A stretch of DNA of 64,000 bases. It comes from a virus. Its lineage: Duplodnaviria > Caudoviricetes. The position numbers and the translations under genes were made by a program. The stretch's first letter is position 1. Every line of letters starts with the position of its first letter. Below the pieces are notes generated by a model that saw nothing but the letters and a program-made list of their open reading frames with translations, ran no database searches and was not told where the DNA came from. Shown here in pieces: positions 1-9,859 of this stretch. The stretch is taken from IMG/VR virus record IMGVR_UViG_3300001517_000002, positions 32,001-96,000 of that record; one strand, 5' to 3'.

Positions 1-209
1 CCAGCAGTACCCAAAGTTGCATATACACCCTTTATAAGTATTGACATTTGAGAAGTTAATTTAGTTAATGATATTTTTAATTCAGCCAGTTCTGTGGCGG
101 TATCAGCGTGACGTTCATTACAATCATCTTTGCGTACAAATATTTCATTAGCTATTTCTGAACGCATATATATATCATCAAGTTTAGCTAAATCTTCTGG
201 ACTAAGCAT
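1..209 (-). CDS. Small lysis-module protein, coiled coil running into a hydrophobic helix (XhlA-like), truncated by window edge
   Basis: Manual translation MLSPEDLAKLDD...KLTSQMSILIKGVYATLGTAG; directly downstream of the endolysin. Confidence 0.5.
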   Translation of the reverse strand, partial: MLSPEDLAKLDDIYMRSEIANEIFVRKDDCNERHADTATELAELKISLTKLTSQMSILIKGVYATLGTA

Positions 210-217
210 AATACCCC

Positions 218-1000
218 TCACTTTCCTATTAATACATTCCAGTCGCCACCGCCCAAATAACCAACGCCTAAACCATTATCTTCCTGCCACTTGTGTATGG
301 CACTCATAGTTTTATTGCCAGCTATTCCGTCAGCTTCGCCAGAATTATATCCAAGCTGATTAAGTCTATCCTGTACCCATTTAATAAGATTTCCTTTATC
401 ACCATTTTCAACCGTATACTTTCTTACGGCAGTCAGTGTCTTGTTTCCAGCGATACCATCCACAACAAGATTCGCTCCACCATTATTTAATGTCTGTTGC
501 AAGGATGCTATATCTACGCCAACATTAGTGTTTGAGGACGATACCGTGTTCTCTCCTGCAAATACAGTACCTCTCTGAAATGTTTTAATCCAATCGTTTT
601 TAAGAACCTTGCCATAAGTATATTCATTGCCAAACCAATGTTCATTGTCGTAAGGTTCTGTATCTCTTGTATCAACATGGCACGAAATAGGCAACATTAA
701 ACCTATGCCACCAAAACCAAGTCTTTCAGCTACTTCTGCAATATCCCAAGAGGTATACCAAGAACCATCTTTCTTCTGCACTTTTATATCAGCAGCTATA
801 CCTCTGCGGTGAGCATCAGTTTTACTTCCCCAAGGATTGTTCTCACAACGATAGCCTGAGTTGACATATATAGCTTTCGCATCCATAATAGTAAACATCT
901 TTTCAAGCCTGTCTATAAGAAGTTTAGACATAGCGTGTGAACGTCCACAACACTCACAATAAAATTCAAATGAGCTGAAATGAGTTGATAAATCTCCCAT
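218..1000 (-). CDS. Endolysin: peptidase M15 catalytic domain plus two peptidoglycan-binding repeats
   Basis: NSGYRC...H..GIAADI...HVDTR M15A motifs; VDGIAGNKT and ADGIAGNKT PG_binding_1-type repeats. Confidence 0.88.
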   Translation of the reverse strand: MGDLSTHFSSFEFYCECCGRSHAMSKLLIDRLEKMFTIMDAKAIYVNSGYRCENNPWGSKTDAHRRGIAADIKVQKKDGSWYTSWDIAEVAERLGFGGIGLMLPISCHVDTRDTEPYDNEHWFGNEYTYGKVLKNDWIKTFQRGTVFAGENTVSSSNTNVGVDIASLQQTLNNGGANLVVDGIAGNKTLTAVRKYTVENGDKGNLIKWVQDRLNQLGYNSGEADGIAGNKTMSAIHKWQEDNGLGVGYLGGGDWNVLIGK

Positions 1001-1002
1001 AC

Positions 1003-1209
1003 TTATTCTCCTTTCTCATTATTTTTCTCATTATTCTTTTTAGCGTTCTGATAACCAAAAAAGAAAGTTAATCCAGTCATACATACAGTGATATAATCCT
1101 TTACATCTACCTTACCCATAAGAAAGGCAATGGATAGACATACAGAAAACATAAGGGTTATCAGACTTTTTACTTCAATTAATTTTGCAAGTCTATCTTT
1201 AATTTTCAT
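1003..1209 (-). CDS. Holin
   Basis: 68 aa, two hydrophobic helices, FFFGYQ motif, charged C-terminus, next to endolysin. Confidence 0.8.
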   Translation of the reverse strand: MKIKDRLAKLIEVKSLITLMFSVCLSIAFLMGKVDVKDYITVCMTGLTFFFGYQNAKKNNEKNNEKGE

Positions 1210-1230
1210 AATACCACCTCGGTAAAATAT

Positions 1231-1258
1231 AAAAGAGGGTAGAATAAACTACCCTCTT
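1231..1258 (-). terminator. Intrinsic terminator between tail fibre and lysis genes
   Basis: AAGAGGGTAG-6nt-CTACCCTCTT hairpin followed by T-tract on minus strand. Confidence 0.65.
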
Positions 1259-1284
1259 GTTGTTTGATATTGTTGTGGTTGGTT

Positions 1285-2160
1285 TTATCTTCCCGTGTAG
1301 TCACGGAGTTTGTAGTATGCGACTTTTTGATAACGTATATCTCCATTTATAATTGTAAATTTTATTACATCATTTTTCTTGAATTGAAAAAACATATCAG
1401 AATTAGAATAAGTACTCCTACCAGCATCTTTTCCAATTATAACTCCATTAACTGTAATAGTAACCTCTGTATCACTACTATTAGATATCATACCAACACC
1501 ATCATAAGGCATTGTTTTATCTGTATCATTTGCAAAGTCGCTTGTTTCCCACTCACTCAACACATTCTGATTTCTGATATACTCCGCTACATCAAATGGT
1601 ACAGATACCTGTTTAGCTTTGATGATGTAGTTGACACCCAACTGTTTGCCGTGAGTGGTTGTGCCTGTACGAGCATCTGAAACACTTGTAGATTGTATTG
1701 CATTAGTATTATAATTTGCGGAAGTTTGAGAACCACCGAATATAATTTTAGAGTTAATTGGGACACCACTGGGCGGATTACCACCCTCTTGTTGAAAAGT
1801 GTGTCCGTGTTTCTGTAACTGGTCATCTTTGAACTGACCAAGCTGATAGGTGTCATGATTTGCTATAGCCGAATAAGTGTTATTTTGGGAATATCCAACA
1901 AGTACACATTCTCTCGCATCAGGTACTCTAAACTTACCTGCTTGAATCGTATTGTTTCGGTCAAAATTTGTTCCGATAACTGCGTACAACTCAGGATAAT
2001 CTTCTACTTTTAGTAATTGTCCTTGACACAAAAGCCAACCTGATGGAGCAGTAGTACCGCCATATGCTTGAATTGAACCAATCGGAGCATCTGCATAAAG
2101 AAGCCCCCCCGAAATTCTTTCAAGCTCTCCTGTTGTGGAGTTATATCTATTTACACTCAT
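1285..2160 (-). CDS. Tail fibre protein with phage tail collar domain
   Basis: PIGSIQAYGGTTAPSGWLLCQGQ...YPELYAVIG...FRVPD and VNYIIKA collar motifs. Confidence 0.85.
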   Translation of the reverse strand: MSVNRYNSTTGELERISGGLLYADAPIGSIQAYGGTTAPSGWLLCQGQLLKVEDYPELYAVIGTNFDRNNTIQAGKFRVPDARECVLVGYSQNNTYSAIANHDTYQLGQFKDDQLQKHGHTFQQEGGNPPSGVPINSKIIFGGSQTSANYNTNAIQSTSVSDARTGTTTHGKQLGVNYIIKAKQVSVPFDVAEYIRNQNVLSEWETSDFANDTDKTMPYDGVGMISNSSDTEVTITVNGVIIGKDAGRSTYSNSDMFFQFKKNDVIKFTIINGDIRYQKVAYYKLRDYTGR

Positions 2161-2178
2161 AATCTCACCCTCCTTTCA

Positions 2179-3381
2179 TCAATCCGTAATCTTAGTGTAT
2201 TCTACTATCATAATTACTTTGTCAATATTGTAATTACTGAGCCTGTCCATTCTGACTATCGCAGTTCCATTTGATATATATAATCTACTATCACGGTATC
2301 TATAAAATTCTACCTCTTGGTTTGTACCAGTATTTGAATTTGTTATAGTTGTGATATTGACAAGTTGTGCAAAGTTGTCAATTGCTCCTATTGTTAATTC
2401 ACCCGTACCAGAAGAACTTCCTGTTACTACAAGCACCTTTCTGTATATGGGCTTACCGTCAATCCATACCTTGTTGGTTTTGGTTTCGGAAGTAGAATAG
2501 TAGTCGAGATTTGCACCAGTGTCATCATCTGTGATATTGACAATGGTATACTTAGCCTTTTCGTCAACAGCGAGAGCCTCCCACTCTGCTTGTGTACCTG
2601 TGAAAGTTCTTTGGCTTACAGCAAGTGTAGCCGCACCATTACTATCTTTTACAAGAAATACATTATCTAATTTACTGCCACCACCTATGTCAACCCAATT
2701 ACCCTCTGCAACATTTCTATTTTTTGAAGTATCAGCTTCGGGATGGAAATACTGAGTGCTACTTAAACCTACAACAAAAAAGCTGAACTCTTGATAATAG
2801 GTAATAGAGCCAACAAGTGATATATCACCTTCGCCAGTTGTAGGATTAGCTTGGTATACATTTACACCATTAGCCAATGTTTCTTCTTGTGTATAAAATA
2901 TATATGGTTGTGTTTTTGCTGAATCTCTATAAAATGTCCAATAATAATAAGTGAAAGATGTTTCATTTTTTTTATACAAATGTCCCTTTTCAAAACTTCC
3001 ACTATCTTCACCAGTGTAACATACAATACTACCAGTTTCATAAGCGTTTATATCAGGAACAGTTTCGCTATATACTACTGGATTCTCAACCATCTTTATC
3101 TCAGACCAAGAATACGCAGAAGAATCGAGAATACATTTATAGAAACGTCCATTCGTATAAGTACCAGTTTCACCTACATACTGATAAATATTTCCTAATT
3201 CGTCAGCACTTGCAAGAGGAAGTTCTTCTTTCTGAATACTCTGTCCGTCAAATGTTTTTTCACTCAGTCTTGTTCCGTCTGCAAACCACACATCTTCTGC
3301 ATAAGCAACAGGGAACGTACCTAAATGTTCTGCATCGACATAGTTATTAGGTCTTGCTGTATCTGCTAATTTAACTGCCAT
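2179..3381 (-). CDS. Tail fibre / receptor-binding protein
   Basis: YSTSETKTNKVWIDGKPIYRKV...EYTK C-terminal fibre domain; position in tail module. Confidence 0.7.
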   Translation of the reverse strand: MAVKLADTARPNNYVDAEHLGTFPVAYAEDVWFADGTRLSEKTFDGQSIQKEELPLASADELGNIYQYVGETGTYTNGRFYKCILDSSAYSWSEIKMVENPVVYSETVPDINAYETGSIVCYTGEDSGSFEKGHLYKKNETSFTYYYWTFYRDSAKTQPYIFYTQEETLANGVNVYQANPTTGEGDISLVGSITYYQEFSFFVVGLSSTQYFHPEADTSKNRNVAEGNWVDIGGGSKLDNVFLVKDSNGAATLAVSQRTFTGTQAEWEALAVDEKAKYTIVNITDDDTGANLDYYSTSETKTNKVWIDGKPIYRKVLVVTGSSSGTGELTIGAIDNFAQLVNITTITNSNTGTNQEVEFYRYRDSRLYISNGTAIVRMDRLSNYNIDKVIMIVEYTKITD

Positions 3382-3401
3382 TTATTTCTCACCTCTCTTT
3401 A

Positions 3402-4970
3402 TTAACTTACAACAGCAGTCAGTGTTCCTAAACTTGGCTGATGAAGTCTTACTATCTTATAAGTTGTTGTATATCCACTTGCATTTGTAAATGAACGTGA
3501 AGCAACAACGGTGTCAAGGTCTGTATCAAATCCATTTACCTTTACGCTTATTGACATTCCAGTAGGAATAGCCCAATAACAATACTGTCCTGTGCCAGCG
3601 GTAAAGTTATATGAACCCTTTGCGTTTGTGGCTAACTTGTTTCCGCTAAGTCCAAGAATCCACGCATCTGTATAGTTATCTGGTTCTGCACTTACACCCC
3701 AATATACCTTGTTCATAAACTGGAATGAAATAGATTTAGTTGCTGTCTTTTCACCATCACCACAAGTAAGAGTAAATGTCTTATTAGCAGAAATGTCATT
3801 AGCATAAGTAGCTGTTCTTACTGTTTCATCAGCAAGTGTGCAATCTGTAAGTGTCTGACTTGTCATATCCTTATTATAAGTCCAGTTGAATACAACACCA
3901 CCTGTAATGACCGCACCATTTTCATACTGTAATGTAGAAGGTGTAGATGTGAAAGAAGGAATCTGAGGGTCAACATAATACAGCTTTGCAAAGATAGCAT
4001 CAAGTGCAAGGTCTACGTTGGTATAAGTAGGGAAGTCCGCATTTGTATAGCTTACATTCTCTGCACTACCACCAAGAGTAGATAAGGGAGCAAGTGTTAT
4101 ATCTCCGTTTTCGTCTGTAATAACTGCTTTATTCGCATTGGTTGAACCCTGTGATGTACTTACCTTACCATTTATTTCTGTTTCAATAAGTGTCTGTAAT
4201 GCTTTCATAGCGGCAAGGTCAGGCACTTTGTTTGTAGCAACTTCTTCACCAGTATATGTGCTTACTACATCAGTAGTCTTTGAAACATATTCTGAGAAAT
4301 TTGTCGTACCTGCACTAACAATAGTTGTCCATGTACCATCAATAAGAATAGACTGCATAAGTTTGTCGCTATCTTCATAATAGAACCATATAGAGTCAGC
4401 ATCAATTGTATGACTTGTGCCGCCCTTGACATAAGTAATCTTATCTGTTGTACTGTCATAAGTAGGCATAGCATCACACTTAATTGCTTCATCTACATTA
4501 AGCAAAGCTATCTGTTCATCAGTATAAGTATTTGCATCAGAAACTCCCTGTGCTACTTTACTATCAACAGAACCAGTAACAGTTGAATCGCTATTGAGAG
4601 TTGCTATATCTTCTTTATTCTGTTGTACCTGTGCTTTCTCTGTATCATCGTAGTCATTAGTTGAAAGACCTTTACCAGTTTCCTTTTCAACGTACAGTTC
4701 TAAAAAAGCATTGATTTCTGACTTAGTGTAATAATTCAGAAGGTCAGCAGAACCACCGCTTAATACTCTCCACTTGCCTGTTTCGTCATCAACTGTGTTT
4801 GCCTTATTAAAGAGATAAGGTAATCCAGTTTCAACACACGTTGCTATAAAAAGACTTGGTAAGTAATTTTCATTATATTCTTTCATATCAGCGAGAGTTT
4901 CAAACATATCTCTCTTGACATTAGGAGAAGATTTTCTAATGTCAAAGTTATCTAACATACTAACAGCCAT
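3402..4970 (-). CDS. Minor virion / tail fibre-associated protein
   Basis: KETGKGLSTNDY fibre motif; Thr-rich beta C-terminal domain resembling that of 4985..6007. Confidence 0.6.
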   Translation of the reverse strand: MAVSMLDNFDIRKSSPNVKRDMFETLADMKEYNENYLPSLFIATCVETGLPYLFNKANTVDDETGKWRVLSGGSADLLNYYTKSEINAFLELYVEKETGKGLSTNDYDDTEKAQVQQNKEDIATLNSDSTVTGSVDSKVAQGVSDANTYTDEQIALLNVDEAIKCDAMPTYDSTTDKITYVKGGTSHTIDADSIWFYYEDSDKLMQSILIDGTWTTIVSAGTTNFSEYVSKTTDVVSTYTGEEVATNKVPDLAAMKALQTLIETEINGKVSTSQGSTNANKAVITDENGDITLAPLSTLGGSAENVSYTNADFPTYTNVDLALDAIFAKLYYVDPQIPSFTSTPSTLQYENGAVITGGVVFNWTYNKDMTSQTLTDCTLADETVRTATYANDISANKTFTLTCGDGEKTATKSISFQFMNKVYWGVSAEPDNYTDAWILGLSGNKLATNAKGSYNFTAGTGQYCYWAIPTGMSISVKVNGFDTDLDTVVASRSFTNASGYTTTYKIVRLHQPSLGTLTAVVS

Positions 4971-4984
4971 TTATAAATCCCTCC

Positions 4985-6007
4985 TTACTTAAATGTTATC
5001 TGATTATCTTCTGCTGCTGTTGGTTCGATTAATGTATAACAATAATAATCTATACCATCAACTAATACTTCGCTTCTCTGGAATGAATCCCAATAGTTGA
5101 TATTATTGACTTCATCCTTGATACTTGTTAATGCACCAAATGACTTAGGATAAGCATAGAACACCTTACCCCAATTGGTAGTAATTCCACTATAAGTATA
5201 AGCCTTTGTATCTTTCAGTGTATTTGAACCACTCTTAATTGTAGTTTCGTCAGGGTCACTTACACTTGCATCACAAATGCCATAATAAGATTTACCAACA
5301 AACTTAATTGTCACAGAGGAATTAGTTGACTGCTGTCCATCAGTTGTTGTTGCTTTAAATGTAACGTCTGACCTGATAGGTGTAACAGGTGTGTACTGAT
5401 ATTGGAAGTTACCACCATCAGCAACACCAGTTGTGACCTCATTAAGTAAAGTATCACCTACATAGAATGATACCTTTGTAACAGGCTTACTCTTTTTAGT
5501 TACAGCACCTTTAAGAAGAATAGTAGATATACTATCATTCACAATATCATACAACTTTGTGGCTGGTGTTGTACTGAGTGATATAGTAGGTGGCTGATAC
5601 TTTATAAGTATATCTTTTATAATATTTTCAAGATTAGTTCCAGTAGGATATGTCTTACCACTTGTTACACTACCTATATTCTCTGTTGCTGTAATTGCAC
5701 TTGTAGTCTTAGCAACTACTGAGATAGCACCAGCATCAAGCGTTGAACCATCTGAAAATGTAAATATTAAATGATTATTAGTATTTATAGAAGCGTTTGT
5801 AATAGAAATGCCCTGTTCGCCATCTTTAACAAGCATTTGTGCTGTTTGTACAGTACCAGTATCACCAGTCCAACGGAAGGTCACAATATGTCCATCATCT
5901 ACGTCCGTAATAGACTGAATTGTACAAGGCTTTCCCCTGACCGCACCAAGTCCTTCAGCGGTCTTACGAACATAAGCTTGACATAATGCGTATGTTACAA
6001 CATCCAT
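4985..6007 (-). CDS. Minor virion protein (beta-rich)
   Basis: Tail module position; YYG...YAYPKSFG C-terminal domain. Confidence 0.55.
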   Translation of the reverse strand: MDVVTYALCQAYVRKTAEGLGAVRGKPCTIQSITDVDDGHIVTFRWTGDTGTVQTAQMLVKDGEQGISITNASINTNNHLIFTFSDGSTLDAGAISVVAKTTSAITATENIGSVTSGKTYPTGTNLENIIKDILIKYQPPTISLSTTPATKLYDIVNDSISTILLKGAVTKKSKPVTKVSFYVGDTLLNEVTTGVADGGNFQYQYTPVTPIRSDVTFKATTTDGQQSTNSSVTIKFVGKSYYGICDASVSDPDETTIKSGSNTLKDTKAYTYSGITTNWGKVFYAYPKSFGALTSIKDEVNNINYWDSFQRSEVLVDGIDYYCYTLIEPTAAEDNQITFK

Positions 6008-6023
6008 TCAATCACTTCCTTTC

Positions 6024-6218
6024 TTACTGTTCAATCCAAGTCTGAGATTCTGCATTATAAAAAAACACAGTGCCAGTATCTATCTCTAAAAAGGCACTAC
6101 CGTTAATTATTTCAGTATCTTTATAAAATCCAATTGGTTTAATATCGCTTGATAATCCACGCAATTCAAGTACAGGAGCATTTGTATGCTCTCCTATTTT
6201 TGCCATTGTAATTGCCAT
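6024..6218 (-). CDS. Small tail-module hypothetical protein
   Basis: LRGLSSDIKP...NGSAFLEIDTG..FFYNAE...W pattern; RBS present. Confidence 0.55.
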   Translation of the reverse strand: MAITMAKIGEHTNAPVLELRGLSSDIKPIGFYKDTEIINGSAFLEIDTGTVFFYNAESQTWIEQ

Positions 6219-6234
6219 AATAATTCTCCTTTCT

Positions 6235-7761
6235 TTAATCTGGATAAAAGTTTATTGTACACCCATCAGGGAATGATGTTGGGTAATATTCGCAATCTTG
6301 TGCTATCATTACACTTGTAAGAGAAGTATTCCTAAATGCAAATCGCCCAATCTTTTTAACTGAGCGAGGAATTGATATAATTGATAAAGAATTATCATTA
6401 CAAAATGCACCAATAGGATTAACAGACGGGATATTAACATTTGTCAGAATACCATTTATAATCTCCCATGAAGAATGTTCATAGATAGTTACCTTTTCTA
6501 TAGTGACATCTGCTGTTAAGTCTTGTCCAGTTCTGTTAATAACTCCGATGTTGACAGTAAAAGAACTTGTGGAGTCAGGTGCATTAATGATTACAGTGTT
6601 ACCCGTACCACTTAGACTCCAATCACCACCATCTCCATTTCTAAAAAATCTAACATGGGGAGTTACTCCCTCGGGAAGTTCAGCATCTACAACAACTTTG
6701 TATTTCTTGAAAGAGCTTGCAGAGAAGTAGTATTCACCATACTGCCATTCCCATACAGGCATATTACGAGTGTAACAACCATTTGGTAAGTTCACAAGAT
6801 TTATGTTATACTTACCATTATTAGTATTGTAGGTGAGAAATTGTTCATTGCTTGATGTATCATAATATGCAGTTGAACTTATGCTTGCAAGCCAATCATT
6901 CCAAGAATATGCTGATAGGGTATCACCAAGAGTAAACCCATGTTGTGCAAGAAAAGTGGGATTATTTTTTTCTTGCATTGTACAAGCAATAAATGTACCA
7001 CTCGTTGTACAATTTTCAAATAAATCCGTTTCAACAAGAAGATTAGAACCACTAAACTGAGCGTTCCAAGTATCTTGGGATTTTACATTTAAGTCTACTA
7101 AGCTCTGATAACTTCCCTGAGAAGATACTTCTAACCCCTTTGAGGAAGAAGTACTACTCTTAAAGGTCACAGAACCCGAAAGGTGTGAATTATTAAGTGT
7201 AGCAGAGAGAATGTACCCAATACACTCACCATAAACTTGAATATTGCAATCTTCAAAAATAGGCTTGTATCGTTCTCCCACAGATATCACACCACTTGTA
7301 TCATGTGATAGAATGAATATATCACTTTTCTTAAAGCTTAAAGTATATAACGAGCTATAAAAATATAATAATCGACCCTGTTCTACAAATTCACCACTAA
7401 ATGAAAAGTTTTCTATGGTTGGCATTGGTCTGTATGAGGGGTGAGAACTATCACCTGTAAATACATTTCTGCCATTAACATACCAGTTCTCAAACTTAAT
7501 ATTTCTAAAACTATTTGCATAATACATTTTAAACAGTTCAGCGTTTTGCAAGTTTTTATTGCTTAAATATACATTTTTAATTGAATGGTTTTGTCCATCA
7601 AAGTCACAGGCAAGTATAACTCCTGAGTCTGTAATGGTTTCACCTCTCATATCGATGTCTGCACCTAATACAGCATATTTATTTTCTTGAGGAAGAACAG
7701 TCATAAGTTCATTCCATGTTGATATAACATAAGGGTTTGCCTTTGTTCCATCTCCTGTCAT
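6235..7761 (-). CDS. Tail-associated adhesin-like protein with C-terminal BspA-type leucine-rich repeat
   Basis: GDGTKANPYVIST N-terminus; GAF...L..ISIPRSVKKIGRFAF LRR_5 unit. Confidence 0.6.
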   Translation of the reverse strand: MTGDGTKANPYVISTWNELMTVLPQENKYAVLGADIDMRGETITDSGVILACDFDGQNHSIKNVYLSNKNLQNAELFKMYYANSFRNIKFENWYVNGRNVFTGDSSHPSYRPMPTIENFSFSGEFVEQGRLLYFYSSLYTLSFKKSDIFILSHDTSGVISVGERYKPIFEDCNIQVYGECIGYILSATLNNSHLSGSVTFKSSTSSSKGLEVSSQGSYQSLVDLNVKSQDTWNAQFSGSNLLVETDLFENCTTSGTFIACTMQEKNNPTFLAQHGFTLGDTLSAYSWNDWLASISSTAYYDTSSNEQFLTYNTNNGKYNINLVNLPNGCYTRNMPVWEWQYGEYYFSASSFKKYKVVVDAELPEGVTPHVRFFRNGDGGDWSLSGTGNTVIINAPDSTSSFTVNIGVINRTGQDLTADVTIEKVTIYEHSSWEIINGILTNVNIPSVNPIGAFCNDNSLSIISIPRSVKKIGRFAFRNTSLTSVMIAQDCEYYPTSFPDGCTINFYPD

Positions 7762-7773
7762 ATACTCACCACC

Positions 7774-8607
7774 TTATTCAATTTCTGTAATTCCTTCGGG
7801 GATATATACTCCTAAAACATTAGAAGTATTAAAAGTTGTTGCTCTTATAATTGTTGTATCTTTGCCTCCCATTAGCGTAGGAACAGAAGGAGTGATAGTT
7901 TCTCCCTTGTAAAAAATCGAATTTGATTTATTATCAATTGTTTCGTATACATAATCTTCATCAGAAGTGGGGTCAAAAATTGGCAATTCTTCTATGTAAA
8001 AACCATATATGTAGCTACAAATATTTATATAGTTCCCCGTTCCATTCGCAAATATTTTTAATTCATGTTCTCCGCTTTCACAGAAAAAGGGGAGAGTAAA
8101 ACAAACTAAATTGTATTTGTCTTGCAAAATAGTTTCTCTTGGGACATGAGATATTTTATTTTCATCAATATAAACATCCAAAGAACAATCTCCCTCGATT
8201 GTTCCAAAAACATTGGCATTAAATACAATTAACAGATTAACGCTTTGGGTTGCTTTAAATTTTATAATCGTTATTCTTGTATTGTCTCTTATTATTTCTC
8301 CCAACGTATTTAACCCATTCACCACAATAGGAGAAGCCCCAGAGTCTTTATAGTTTACTGCACCGATATATGCAGACTGATTTGTTACTATCGCTCCTTT
8401 GTAATATAACTGTACGTTTTCTCCTACGTTTATAGCAGAGCCACTAAAATTAGGAACGGTATATTTAGTTCCATTTGATAAAACTTCTACGGTATAGTAC
8501 CCATTTTGTAAATCCTCTATTACTCGACATGGGAGAGATGTGATACAATTTGATTTCTTTAAAAATTCACTAATTCTTTTGTCGATTAATTCATTCAATG
8601 CCTCCAA
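7774..8607 (-). CDS. Baseplate/tail tip protein ending in a partial BspA repeat
   Basis: Tail module position; C-terminal VYIPEGITEIE. Confidence 0.5.
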   Translation of the reverse strand: MEALNELIDKRISEFLKKSNCITSLPCRVIEDLQNGYYTVEVLSNGTKYTVPNFSGSAINVGENVQLYYKGAIVTNQSAYIGAVNYKDSGASPIVVNGLNTLGEIIRDNTRITIIKFKATQSVNLLIVFNANVFGTIEGDCSLDVYIDENKISHVPRETILQDKYNLVCFTLPFFCESGEHELKIFANGTGNYINICSYIYGFYIEELPIFDPTSDEDYVYETIDNKSNSIFYKGETITPSVPTLMGGKDTTIIRATTFNTSNVLGVYIPEGITEIE

Positions 8608-8613
8608 AATGTA

Positions 8614-9855
8614 TCACCCCCTCATGCCATCATATGTCATATCGTTTGGTAGCCAATTAATATTTGTACAGTTTATGTTCATTTTTTCAGAACTTAAAGG
8701 AATGGTAATCGAATTTACAACAAATATTCCATTATCAATATTACAATATCTATCTGATACCCCTATTGTTTTGTTAACATCTAAATGTGGGATAATCATT
8801 GAACTAAATGCTAACTGAACTTTTAACATAGAGTTTAACTTTAAATAGCGATTAGCCACAGACCTACAGTCTCGAATCATTTGTGCTTCTGATACATCGT
8901 AGTATTCAATTTCTTGGCTTGTCCTGCGCAACCCCACACTAATGTTTATTGGCGAAAGCGGATTGGTATTGTACGCCGTATAGCTTACATTTGGTGTATC
9001 TATCTTTGAAGTATTTGTATACACGCACACAACATTTTCTCCCTCATCGAAAGAATAAGAATAATTAACTTCTTCATAAGTAGAAGATAAATCTGTAAAT
9101 TCCCATTGCAATGGGGTATATATATATCCACTATTGTCAATACATGGCTCAAAACAGAAGTTACCTTCTGTATTATAATATACCTCTGCATTATACAAAT
9201 CAGAAAGTTTAGTAAATATATCTCCAATAAAAGCATTTGCATCAATAGAAATATCTGACTGAATTACTTGTGAATTATATTTAGTATGAATATGCGGTGG
9301 AGCAGAATCAATCATTGAGGTATTGGTCATATTCATTTTACCTCTAATGATAATATCATTATTTCCCATGTTACGAGCTAATGTATCTTTTATCACGTTT
9401 GATAAAGAAGCTCCACGTTTAATGAGATACTGCACATCTGCCATGTTAATTTTCAAAGTACCATCAAGAGCTGCCCCTTTGTCAATTGCTTCAATAACGA
9501 CTGTGCCGTTCTGTACATCTGCTGTTTTGGTATAAAAAATTCCTTGTGACCACCAATACACATTTCCTTTAACAACCAGCCCTATCCATAATTTAAACTT
9601 GCGTTTATACCAGAAGTCTGAGTTTTTACTCGGTAAATATTTACCATCTACATTGGCAAGAGATAAGCTACAAGAACGGCGAGTAATGCGTTCATAATTA
9701 ATATTAATTTGACCGCCTACATTTTCCAAATTCTTTTCTATTTCTCCTATTACAGTTTCCCACTCGGATAACAATTCGAGTTTTATCTTATATGAACATC
9801 TATACTGTTTAAGCGCATTGAGATATTCTTTTGTATAGGTGTTAAAATATTCCAT
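8614..9855 (-). CDS. Baseplate hub-like tail protein
   Basis: RRSCSLSL...KFKLWIG...QGIF motifs; two genes downstream of tape measure. Confidence 0.6.
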   Translation of the reverse strand: MEYFNTYTKEYLNALKQYRCSYKIKLELLSEWETVIGEIEKNLENVGGQININYERITRRSCSLSLANVDGKYLPSKNSDFWYKRKFKLWIGLVVKGNVYWWSQGIFYTKTADVQNGTVVIEAIDKGAALDGTLKINMADVQYLIKRGASLSNVIKDTLARNMGNNDIIIRGKMNMTNTSMIDSAPPHIHTKYNSQVIQSDISIDANAFIGDIFTKLSDLYNAEVYYNTEGNFCFEPCIDNSGYIYTPLQWEFTDLSSTYEEVNYSYSFDEGENVVCVYTNTSKIDTPNVSYTAYNTNPLSPINISVGLRRTSQEIEYYDVSEAQMIRDCRSVANRYLKLNSMLKVQLAFSSMIIPHLDVNKTIGVSDRYCNIDNGIFVVNSITIPLSSEKMNINCTNINWLPNDMTYDGMRG

Positions 9856-9859
9856 TTTA

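Noticed and set aside
1285-8607. Diversity-generating retroelement or invertible tail-fibre cassette
   Set aside because: No reverse transcriptase, TR/VR pair, invertase or inverted cassettes seen in this window
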